Of a DNA stretch of 64,000 bases, positions 1-8,973 are shown piece by piece. The DNA is taken from assembly GCA_963706325.1 (NCBI GenBank), contig CAVPLT010000004.1, positions 352,001 to 416,000 of the forward strand, in the 5' to 3' direction. The position numbers and the translations under genes were made by a program. The DNA is from an uncultured Nitrospiraceae bacterium (GTDB lineage Bacteria; Nitrospirota; Nitrospiria; Nitrospirales; Nitrospiraceae). The notes below the pieces were generated by a model. That model worked only from the letters and a program-made list of their open reading frames with translations. It had not been told where the DNA came from and searched no databases. Positions within the stretch are counted from its first letter, which is position 1. Each line of letters opens with the position of its first letter.

Positions 1-69
1 GCCGACTCCTGGGTCGCTCCTGGTACAACACCATCTATGGAGGCACGCCAAATCGCTTGTAAAGAATAA
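1..69 (+). CDS. 3' end of an upstream CDS (partial)
   Basis: Frame 1 is open from base 1 to TAA at 67-69 (ADSWVAPGTTPSMEARQIACKE*); same orientation as the downstream genes. Confidence 0.35.
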   Translation, partial: ADSWVAPGTTPSMEARQIACKE

Positions 70-159
70 GAGAGTGTTTAGATGAGAAGCATACGTTAAG
101 CGCAGACAACATATCTTGGGAATTACGCCCATCGTGTGTACCGGAATTGCACTCCTAGA

Positions 160-321
160 GCTCTATCTCATGCTGGCAATTGCCAGCCCAATGTATGCTG
201 CAGGGGAATCCGTAGATGTAGCTGCATACCGACACAGGGCTCGGATGGGGCATTCCACGATTCAAATCGCAGAGTTAAATATTTTTCCATGACACATCAA
301 CACTATCCATGAAACTCAACG
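160..321 (+). repeat. Degenerate direct-repeat copy of the upstream region and first ~35 codons of the gene at 2214 (pseudogene fragment)
   Basis: Shares GCTCTATCTCATG, TGCCAGCCCA, TACCGACACAGGGCTCGGATGGG, CGATTCAAATCGCAGAG and CTATCCATGAAACTCAACG colinearly with 2160-2317, with indels and stops. Confidence 0.9.
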
Positions 322-440
322 AGGATGTTGGAGTGAATTCCTCACCTGGCATGCTAAGACGATGATGAATGGTCTATTACAAGATTAACTCCTCAATCGA
401 CCTTAACTTTAAGAAGACTACAAAGCCGGAGGATGACACC

Positions 441-2117
441 ATGTATGTTGCAACTGGCCTGGGAGAACGGCGCAGACCTCTATGCACAGGAAAGTCCAGC
501 AACATGGTCCTGTCGAGCAATCCCCGACCCGGTGAGCGTTGGCATTTGTCGGGGCCGGCGCCGAGTTACCGGCCACCCATCGACAAGGGCGGACAGCCCG
601 TCGACGACAGCCACGGCCATCATTTGCTCACGATTCTCGCCGGACCGTCGCGTTGGCAAACCTACCTGACACAGGCGATGGCCAATCGTGCGACGACGGT
701 TCCGAGGAACTTCTTTCGAGTCGTCACGAGCCCAAACCAGGTCCCCAAGCACCTGCGGCATCTCTTTAGGCTCAGAAGCGACGGCAGCATGGTCGGCGGG
801 ACGATCGACCGTTGGACGCGCACGATCTACATGGTTCCCGCGCCCGTCCTCCGGCAGGAAACACGGCTTGAATACGCGCTGCACGAAGCGGTGCACCTGT
901 TCGCGGATCCGCATGCGCCGACAGAGGTGGCGTGCGCGGCGCCATGCATCGGGACCTTCCAGCGGCGGTACGGCGAAGGCTTCGGCGAGGGCCTCACCCA
1001 GGTGATCACCGAGGACATCATGAATGCGCAAGGCATTAGCCGTTATTATCGCGATCACCCCTATGACGTGTTCACCGCGCCAGTGCGGGAAGTGATCAGG
1101 ATCTTTGGTGTCGATCTGATGGCCCGTGCCTATTTCTTTGGCGACAAGGCTTCGTTGGAGGCGGCCATGAAGGCGCGCTGGAGTGATCGGTGGCAGCAGG
1201 TCGCGGGGCTGACGACGGTCAAAAACTCGAATGGAGCGCTCGCAGAGATCAAGAGGCTCGAAACCGCGTATGCCGCTGCCGCACGCCTGCGCCAGATGAT
1301 TCAGCAGGGACCGAGGGGTGATTTCCCGACGCCGTCGCGGACCCGGATGTTTGCAGGTTTTGGTTTCACGCCCACGCCCCGGCGCTTGAGCCCGCAGCCG
1401 CAGCCGCCGCGATTGAGCATCCTCACGATCGACAGCTTTGATGTTCAAAAGTCCACAATTAAGCCCGAGATGAGACCTGCGCTGGCTGGATTCGTCGATC
1501 ACGTGAAGGCGAGCTGGCAGTCGACGGGCCAGTCGATCGGCGTCGTGTGCCTGAAGGGACACACCGATTCAACCGGCCTCGAAGCGTTCAACCGAGGTCT
1601 TGGCGACCGGCGCGCGGAGGCGGTGAAACAACAAATCCTTGCGTTGCTCGGGCCGTTCATCAATCGAGTGCTTGTGGAGATCGAGGCCAGCCCGGGAAAG
1701 ACGCAGCCGAGGGCGAACAATAGCACCGCTGCCGGGCGCGCCGCGAACCGGCGCGTCGAGATCTTCATCGAGGGGCCGATTCCTTCTGCGTCAGATTGGC
1801 CGGGAGGGAAGGAGAAGACCACCAGATGGCCGCCTGACATTCCCGATCCCGACAAGGGCGAGGCGTGGGATCAGTTCCGGTTCAAGCGCGGCATCCCCGA
1901 AGATGCGCTAGGGGGAAGATCGGTCCAGGATTTCCTGACGAATCTCTGCGCGCCTGTGTTCGGGAAGCGCTGCAAGGGCTTCATCGACAAGGCCGTCGAC
2001 AAGGGATGCGAGGGCATCGCCGCGCTGCTTGAGCAGCTCGGCGGGCGTGTCACCGGGGCGCAGAAGGAAGAGGTCATGCAGCGGTGCCGCGAGGCGGCGG
2101 GCAGACGCGTGCGCTAG
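441..2117 (+). CDS. Zinc metallopeptidase (gluzincin-like) + OmpA-like peptidoglycan-binding domain protein with MY..GLG N-terminus
   Basis: RBS GGAGGA at 428-433 before ATG 441 (MYVATGLGE); ALHEAVH plus downstream EGLT; OmpA motifs GHTDSTG..N..LG.RRA.AV and GRAANRRVEI; Cys-containing C-terminal tail. Confidence 0.8.
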   Translation: MYVATGLGERRRPLCTGKSSNMVLSSNPRPGERWHLSGPAPSYRPPIDKGGQPVDDSHGHHLLTILAGPSRWQTYLTQAMANRATTVPRNFFRVVTSPNQVPKHLRHLFRLRSDGSMVGGTIDRWTRTIYMVPAPVLRQETRLEYALHEAVHLFADPHAPTEVACAAPCIGTFQRRYGEGFGEGLTQVITEDIMNAQGISRYYRDHPYDVFTAPVREVIRIFGVDLMARAYFFGDKASLEAAMKARWSDRWQQVAGLTTVKNSNGALAEIKRLETAYAAAARLRQMIQQGPRGDFPTPSRTRMFAGFGFTPTPRRLSPQPQPPRLSILTIDSFDVQKSTIKPEMRPALAGFVDHVKASWQSTGQSIGVVCLKGHTDSTGLEAFNRGLGDRRAEAVKQQILALLGPFINRVLVEIEASPGKTQPRANNSTAAGRAANRRVEIFIEGPIPSASDWPGGKEKTTRWPPDIPDPDKGEAWDQFRFKRGIPEDALGGRSVQDFLTNLCAPVFGKRCKGFIDKAVDKGCEGIAALLEQLGGRVTGAQKEEVMQRCREAAGRRVR

Positions 2118-2159
2118 CGCCTTCCGCGCCGCCTTGCGGTCTAAGAAAAAAGGGTCGGT

Positions 2160-2317
2160 GCTCTATCTCATGGTCACAGCTGCCAGCCCAGTGTAGGTGC
2201 AGGAGAATTGAAAATGTATGTGCGTACCGACACAGGGCTCGGATGGGATATTCCGCGATTCAAATCGCAGAGCGAAATGTTCCATGAACACATCAAGGCT
2301 ATCCATGAAACTCAACG
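2160..2317 (+). repeat. Intact copy of the ~160-bp direct repeat
   Basis: Matches 160-321. Confidence 0.9.
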
Positions 2318-2951
2318 TGGAGTTTCGTTAAGCCATGATCAATATCCAATTACTCGAAGGGACTCGAAAACAGGGATTGTGAATGCACACAATCGGTGGC
2401 TGTTTACTCCAAGCCGTCAAAATTTCAAAGGGTCAGGCGAAAAAGAAGGTAGTTTCTGCCTAGGGACAGCAAGAGGAATGGCATTCAGAAGCGTCTTTGG
2501 TCTCGAGCTACCAACATATCGCAAAGTGCTTATGGAGTTAAGAGAACGTATAGATACTGCAAAAAAGGATAAGGACATTAAGAAGGAGGCTGATGCACTC
2601 ATTAGCCGCACAGTTAGTCATGTTCATAAACGCGGAAGCATTGAACAATTTAATGCAGATTTAGAATCCAGATATGGCATCAAGAATGCGAAGATTAAGA
2701 GCAGCGAGTCATTAAAGGAAGCCCTCGATGCACTTAAAGCGGGCGCGCCAATCTTGGTGGACCTGAATGGCGGATGGCATTGGGTTGTAGTTCACAGGTC
2801 GCCAGACGGAAAGTTATGGAGTAATGACCCTTTAGAGAGCCGTGTAAAACCAATATCACCTAGTGAATTCGGCTCACGTTTCGAGATCATTGTAGATGCC
2901 AACACGGGTAAACCAATAACGCCAGATAAGGCGAGCAGTTATAAAAACTAG
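2214..2951 (+). CDS. Papain-fold (peptidase C39-like) protein with MY..GLG N-terminus
   Basis: RBS AGGAG at 2201-2205, ATG 2214 (MYVRTDTGLGW); Q..., FCLGTARGM (putative catalytic Cys), LKAGAPILV...GWHWVVV (His), WSNDP; visibly AT-richer than its neighbours. Confidence 0.7.
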   Translation: MYVRTDTGLGWDIPRFKSQSEMFHEHIKAIHETQRGVSLSHDQYPITRRDSKTGIVNAHNRWLFTPSRQNFKGSGEKEGSFCLGTARGMAFRSVFGLELPTYRKVLMELRERIDTAKKDKDIKKEADALISRTVSHVHKRGSIEQFNADLESRYGIKNAKIKSSESLKEALDALKAGAPILVDLNGGWHWVVVHRSPDGKLWSNDPLESRVKPISPSEFGSRFEIIVDANTGKPITPDKASSYKN

Positions 2952-3254
2952 AGTGCTGATAGATAGGTAATAGGGTTGGATGTGATTAATTCGCCTGTTC
3001 AGGCCTTGTAAGAAGCAAGTCGTCGACAGGGAAGCCGACTCAATACCTTCCCAATGACTGACAAAGCAAGCTGCGCTTGCCGGTTCGGCAGGTTACAGGC
3101 TGCGCTAAGCTCTCATGGACGCTCAATACACGTCGCTTGTTCGGAACTGGATGAACTCATCGTGTGATCTTCGTGGCTCTATAAACGCAGATGGGGATGT
3201 GGAGCGGGAGCGTCAGAGCGGCATTCAATTGGCGATTTAACCAAAGAGGCAGTC

Positions 3255-4340
3255 ATGTACGCGCTGATCGGTTTAGGAGAGCCCCAACCCACAGTCTCTT
3301 GCAGGGGGTGGGAAAAGGATCCGGAGAGCTTCAGTAAACGGGTGGCGGAACACTATGCGCGGACGGTGCTGGGAAAGTCCATGAGCGCAAGGCGGATCGT
3401 GCCGTATTATCCGTCCGGAGATAAGAGATTTATGGAGGTGCAATTTGCACCCGACCTGGCAGTAGGCGTCAGCTTCGTGAAGATCCCGGATTACGTCATT
3501 GCCCTTCGTTTGCGCGCACAGCCGCCCGGGCCCGCTCGCTACTACACGTATTCGTGCACGCCGGACGGAAATCTAATTCTGAGCGAGCAGAAGAAGCCCT
3601 CCGCCGTCCCAGCAAGCCCTACAATGCGGGTGGCTCCAGGTAACGCTGGGCGAACCGTTGGATGGTTGGGCGAAACAGCCCCGCAGTCGATCGCCCCAGC
3701 GTTCCGCTTTTTGTGCCCTCCTGGGTGCGCGCCGAACGCGACGAACGCGTGCATCGGGATCGTTCGCCGCGCGATTCAAGACGCGATTTGGCTGGCCGAG
3801 AATGCCGCCGAGCAACTTACGGCCCGCGACGATGAAGCCGTACGTCTATTCCGTTCCTTCTTTGGAGATCCAGAACGTCTCGTTCCCTGGGCAAACAATC
3901 GGCCCGCTGCCGATCTTGTCGCCGGTCGCTTCCGTGCCGTGGGCCGTGGGTTTCGGACGCGCGTGCCGCACATTCGCTGCGCAGTGGTTGGCCCTGGAGT
4001 AGAACAATGCGCCGGTGAAAACGCTTTTGCGCTGCCGCGTAGCGTGCCAACCGCTACCCTTCCGCTTCCGCGGAACACGATCCACCTTTGTCCGCCGTTT
4101 TGGAGCGTCGCGCCAGCAGGCACTGTCTCCAGATTCTGGCGGGCCGCCATCTTACTTCACGAAATGCTTCACCTGCTTTTCTGGGAATTTTTCGGGCACC
4201 AGGCAAATCTGCCTCGCACGGGTGATCCTGAAGAGCGGCGTCGAGACAATTCCCATTGCTACGAGGCATTTGCCCTACGCGTGGCCAAACAAGGAGCCGA
4301 TCCTAATGATGTCACGGTGTGCAATGAAAGGCCTTTTTGA
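3255..4340 (+). CDS. Two-domain protein with C-terminal M35/lysine-specific metalloendopeptidase-like domain; MY..GLG N-terminus
   Basis: Starts MYALIGLGE; IHLCPPFW, LLHEMLH and NSHCY motifs typical of M35-like zincins. Confidence 0.7.
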   Translation: MYALIGLGEPQPTVSCRGWEKDPESFSKRVAEHYARTVLGKSMSARRIVPYYPSGDKRFMEVQFAPDLAVGVSFVKIPDYVIALRLRAQPPGPARYYTYSCTPDGNLILSEQKKPSAVPASPTMRVAPGNAGRTVGWLGETAPQSIAPAFRFLCPPGCAPNATNACIGIVRRAIQDAIWLAENAAEQLTARDDEAVRLFRSFFGDPERLVPWANNRPAADLVAGRFRAVGRGFRTRVPHIRCAVVGPGVEQCAGENAFALPRSVPTATLPLPRNTIHLCPPFWSVAPAGTVSRFWRAAILLHEMLHLLFWEFFGHQANLPRTGDPEERRRDNSHCYEAFALRVAKQGADPNDVTVCNERPF

Positions 4341-4605
4341 TTTCGCCATTCAAAGCATCGACGAGCGGACGAAAGCGCAGCCGAGGAATCAAATGGAGCC
4401 AGTATTCATTTCCCACCATGTTGCTGAGGACAACTTCAAGCAGAGCCGATGGCAGACAACAAAACCAGCGACGGCCGTGCGCAGAATCGTAGAGTGGAAG
4501 TCTTCATCACGACCAGACCTCTCTCGCCGCTCCACAGCCTCCGTCGCCGGTTCCTTCGCTTTGGCGAGATAGCGTTACAACTTAGGAATTAGAAGGAGGT
4601 TTGCC

Positions 4606-5781
4606 ATGTACGTGGGGACGAGAGATGCGTTAGGGCGACTCCCAACGTCATACATTTATGATTCTTCGATAAAGGGTATCGGACAGATATCGCCAACACC
4701 GATCCTTCTGCGGAAAGCTCTCCATTCGGAAACTGGCCCGTGGGATCCGGCGAGTGAGATCGAGCAGGCGCTAAAGGCCAAAAATTGGGGGAAGGCGTTG
4801 GAACTGGCGATCGAAGCGGGCCAGCGTGACGAGGTCGAACTGACAAATCTGATTTTATTCGCGCAGAATCCACAATTGCTTCGCACGTCGCTGGATCCGA
4901 AGGCGAAGAACTTCAAGACCCTGAGCGGGCAGTGGCGCACGATCCTGACGAAGGACGTGCGTTCGGCGATCGAACGGATGTCGGTGGACCATGACATGGC
5001 TGTGCACGGCAAGTTCGTCGCGGAGCGAGACCCGCAGTTTTGGGGACTCAATGGGAAAATCTTTCGTGACATCGTGCGATCCGTGGCCGCGGAAGTGGAT
5101 CTGAATCCGGGCTTCTTGTCTGCCGTGCTGCTGGCAGAGGTGGGGAGCGCCGCGCCGTACTTGAAGACGGGTCCGGTGTTCTCTTTCTTTACAGGAACGG
5201 ATGACTTCTTCGCCCAGCAGGAGCGACTGAAAACGCACGTTCCGGCGTTTGCCAACGTGCATTTCGACAAAACGAAGACCTTTGAAAACATCAACGAGAC
5301 GGGCCGAAAGGTAAAAAGCATCTTTTTTGATACCGGCAAAGATGCGGCGCGGGCGACGGCGGTCTATCTAGCGTATGCACGGCTCAAGTTACAGGTTGCG
5401 GCGAAGACGAATGGCGGAGATTTCGATACCCTGCCTGTGCAAGTGCAATTCGCGCTGATGCGGATTGCGATGGCAGCCGGGCACGGGGGAATCGATTTAA
5501 ACGGTAACTTTGTCTGGTTCCTGAAGAAGGATGGCAAATCCCTGCAGGTCAAGGCTGGGACAAAAGGGGCTGTGTTGGTTGGCGTCGCGCGTTGGCTGTA
5601 TCGCGTCCTGAAGGGTGAGGATATCTTTGTCCGAGACTGGACAGGCCGCACATTTCCGAGCACCGCAAAAGCGACGTCGCGAAACGCAACGATTCTGGTC
5701 GCGCAGGCGCTTCATTTGTCGGACTGGCATTTTGGGATTTCTTTGGTGCAGCGGCCGAAACGGCCGGTGCGTCCCTGGTAG
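4606..5781 (+). CDS. Hypothetical protein with probable lysozyme/lytic-transglycosylase-like domain; MY..ALG N-terminus
   Basis: RBS AAGGAGGT upstream of ATG 4606 (MYVGTRDALGR); IVRSVAAEVDLNPGFLSAVLLAE resembles the SLT helix leading to the catalytic Glu. Confidence 0.6.
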   Translation: MYVGTRDALGRLPTSYIYDSSIKGIGQISPTPILLRKALHSETGPWDPASEIEQALKAKNWGKALELAIEAGQRDEVELTNLILFAQNPQLLRTSLDPKAKNFKTLSGQWRTILTKDVRSAIERMSVDHDMAVHGKFVAERDPQFWGLNGKIFRDIVRSVAAEVDLNPGFLSAVLLAEVGSAAPYLKTGPVFSFFTGTDDFFAQQERLKTHVPAFANVHFDKTKTFENINETGRKVKSIFFDTGKDAARATAVYLAYARLKLQVAAKTNGGDFDTLPVQVQFALMRIAMAAGHGGIDLNGNFVWFLKKDGKSLQVKAGTKGAVLVGVARWLYRVLKGEDIFVRDWTGRTFPSTAKATSRNATILVAQALHLSDWHFGISLVQRPKRPVRPW

Positions 5782-6341
5782 ACGAAGACACCACTTATAC
5801 GAGAGCGGATCAGCTTGGAGCGAGAGTCCGCCAAATAGGAGAGGTCGACCTCGTCCTCGTCTGAGCCGAAGCTGGCATCAACCGCAGACTTCATCCCAGC
5901 GAAACAGGTGATGTAGGGAAAGGGAGAAGACGTATGACAACGATGGCTTCATCACCGCATGGTGCGAAGGTATGGAGGCACCTGGGCATAGGGAGTGCTG
6001 CCCGCAGGCGGTAAGCCGTTGGTGCCCATGTATACTCGTCCCACACGCTGCGAGGGCCGTGCACATGTATCAGGCAGTACGCGCCAACCGCGTGGGTGAG
6101 CTTGGTACACGCTCGAGTCTCAGCTAGGGTAGCCGGTTCTGTCCTAATCGATGTTCCTATGCGTCGCATCGGGTGTTTGGCAATCGGGCTGGCCGATCTG
6201 CGCGACTGGACTCAATTCAAAATGTTCTGCCGTGGGAGTTGTATGTCGCGCACGGGTCGCTCAAGTATCGGGGCTTGAATGGAAAAGTGACCGTTCTCGC
6301 GTCGGCGTAGGATGCGCCCTCCTACGAAGTGGAGGTTAAAG

Positions 6342-7928
6342 ATGAGCAACGAAACAAGAGATTCTGGTCGTACAGTATCCTCTAACGCTCGAGTCACCTG
6401 TCACTTCATCTGGCCACTCAGCAACAGCGCCACGCCCGACGAAATGAATACGTCCTATGGTCCGCGTATTGACGCTGATCGCTGGGACTTTCATGACGGC
6501 ATCGACCTGCCCGCTCGTGTTGGCACACCGGTCCATGCCATGGCGGATGGCGCGGTGCATCGCGCTGGGCCGGCGGATAAGACGGGCCCGGTCAGGGTTT
6601 CGGCTCAACGCATATCCTTCTTAAAGTCGTCGATCCAACGGACGGACAGCATGATCTATTTCTTGTCTACCTGCATCTCGACAGCATCGCGGATGGTGTG
6701 ATCTCCAGGCGTACCGGTGCATCAGGGTGACGTGATTGGCGCGGTGGGTCAGGAAGACGCGACCTATCCCCATCTGCATTTCGAGTTCAGGAAAGGCGGG
6801 CCACAAGAACGGCGCAGTGTTCACCCGCTACACTATCTGCCCTACCTCAATACGGCGAACTTTAGGCAGCTCCGTCTGGATCGCTGCAATTTTTACCGCG
6901 ACGACGATGGCGAGAAACGGATCGTGAGGCTTGGCTTTGCAGTCCGGAACCGCCGGGAAGGTGATCTACAGGCTGTTCATGTGGAATTGATCGGCGACGG
7001 TGTCGCAACCACGCGAACTGCACGTCGACTTCGATGATCGGGAAACCATCAATAGTGACAAAGGAGATGACCAAGCCTTCAAGAACGGAATTGCCGTGGA
7101 AGGCTACCAGAAATCCAATCTGAAAGGCGAAGGCTTGAACGATCTGCAGTATGGCGTACTGATCGAGGATATTCCTCCGCAATACGATTCCGTCAAACTT
7201 CGAGTCCAGGATGTTAAGAACAGAGAAACCGAAAAGCGCTGAGTTTCCTCTTCCCAAACTCGACGTCGGCAAGCAACCCGTCAATAGTCGTGCGGGTTTT
7301 GAAGGTCAGATATTTCCGCCGCCGGGGTGGGAATTGAATCTCTTACCGGGCAATGTCTGTCGGCCGGACCCAGCCGCCGCTCTCGCAGGTTCGCAGGGCC
7401 TACTCTGTCAGGACCTCCAGAGTGTGCAAGGGACACTGATCCGCGCAGGGCTGCGTTTCGCCTTGCCAGTCAACCGTTTGCCTGTCCGCTCCCATGTCCT
7501 GGCGTCTGAGGGCAGATATCAAGCCAGCAGAATTGCAAGTGGATGAAGGATTGGTGATTCATCCTTTGGCTTTCTTGGCAGACAGCAATTTGGTGGCTGC
7601 CGCCTGCCTGCGGAAGATCAGAGGCGATAAATTCGTGACGGGTGTTCTCATTCGAAGCGCAGACGGTTTGTTCAGGGAAAGAATCGATGTGAACGAGGGA
7701 GAAATTTTAAGGAATGTGCCGGTTAGGTGGGAACTTGAGGTGCTCAGAGTGGGCACCAGGCAAACAACCGCCGTAGTGCGACTGAACAACAATGTGATAG
7801 CCCGCATCAACGGCGACACCAGAAGCGTCGAGCCCGATTCTGGTTGTGCGGGGATTTTGCATAAGCACAGCGGGTTACAGATTAGCCTGCACATCGATCA
7901 ATTGCTCCTGACGGAAGCGCCTCGGTAG
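6342..7928 (+). pseudogene. M23-family metallopeptidase gene broken by about 5 frameshifts (pseudogene or sequencing errors)
   Basis: RBS GGAGGT at 6331; FHDGIDL..GTPV.AMADG, then in shifted frames YLHL, V.QGDVIG.VG and PHLHFE; frame breaks near 6590, 6704, 7000, 7227 and 7490. Confidence 0.75.
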
Positions 7929-8973
7929 ACGTGGCGTGAGCTCACGCAGGCCGAACACCCGTCGACACCTGCGTTGACGGACAATAGGGTTAGAACATTT
8001 CAGCAAAAATTAGCAGTTGATCATGATGTTGGTCTTCGGCGCTCCATCCGTTGCAGTGAACAATGAGACGTTCACGTGCGCTCGGGGTAGGCGATCCTCA
8101 ACTCTGCTTGATATTTCCAGGACGCAGAGGTTTTTTGACAGCTTTGCGTTGGCATAATCTTAGGCGCCGTCCGCCAGCCTCCCGACTTGGCGAGCATGTC
8201 CCCTATAGTTAGAAAGAATTCTTTGAAGTTATGTGGCGCGATTCACGGATTCCTTCAGACCCGTTTTCTCCCACTGTTGTTTACTTCACCATGTACGGTG
8301 AGTAGCCGGGAAGCGTGCGGTCCAGCTTTCCCTCAATGCAATGTGAGCGGCTGTTTTCGCATCGTTTGGTGTTCGCAGATAGGCACTCGTCAACAACTCG
8401 ACCGGGCGACCGATCCTCGATTCTCCCTTGTGAAACGTCTCCCAAAACAGATCGTCGGCGTTGGACGCTGCCTCGCTTCGTGTTGCAAGGGCTTCTTCTT
8501 TGGAGCAGTCATCACGGCGATGTTGTCGCCCAAGGCCCATGGGCCAATGCCGATGACGACTATCGTCAGGGTGAAGGCAAAGCCTGCAAAAAATTCCCCT
8601 CTGCTGGCGATGACAATCTGACCCACAATGAATGTCGGCCTTGTGCTTATTCTCGACAACTTCCGATTGTTTGATTAAGCAGAAAACGTCGACTCGTTTT
8701 GGTAAGCCATCGGAACCTGCACGACGGTGGCACTCTGAATTCACCGCCCCACAGGGGTGGAGCCTGAAGCCGGCGGTTCCAACACAGATTGAAACCTGGG
8801 TCTCATGCGAAGCGCTATTCACTCCTCAACCTACAAATTGTAATCCCGATGTACGCCGATTCTGCTCGCCTACCCAAATCCGAAAGGCTTTCGTTACATC
8901 CCAAGGACTATCGGTTTCTGTTGCGCTGTCGGTCGTAGACCCATCAGCAGGCTGCCGTTCTCCGGGTGCATGT

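Noticed and set aside
369..440. Longer ORF-track start for the first gene (MVYYKINSS...)
   Set aside because: ATG 441 has a clear GGAGGA RBS and yields the MY..GLG start shared with neighbours; the extension is AT-rich and looks intergenic.
480..1562. 360-aa antisense ORF, and similar long antisense ORFs across the window
   Set aside because: Shadow ORFs of GC-rich coding genes, with no recognisable motifs.
5782..6340. Several short ORFs and a small CGTAGGA/TCCTACG inverted repeat (6306-6326)
   Set aside because: No recognisable product; the 7-bp stem is too short to call.
7930..8970. Overlapping ORFs, including a possible small membrane protein at 8390-8659 (-)
   Set aside because: No convincing RBS or motif; cannot choose a real frame from the sequence alone.
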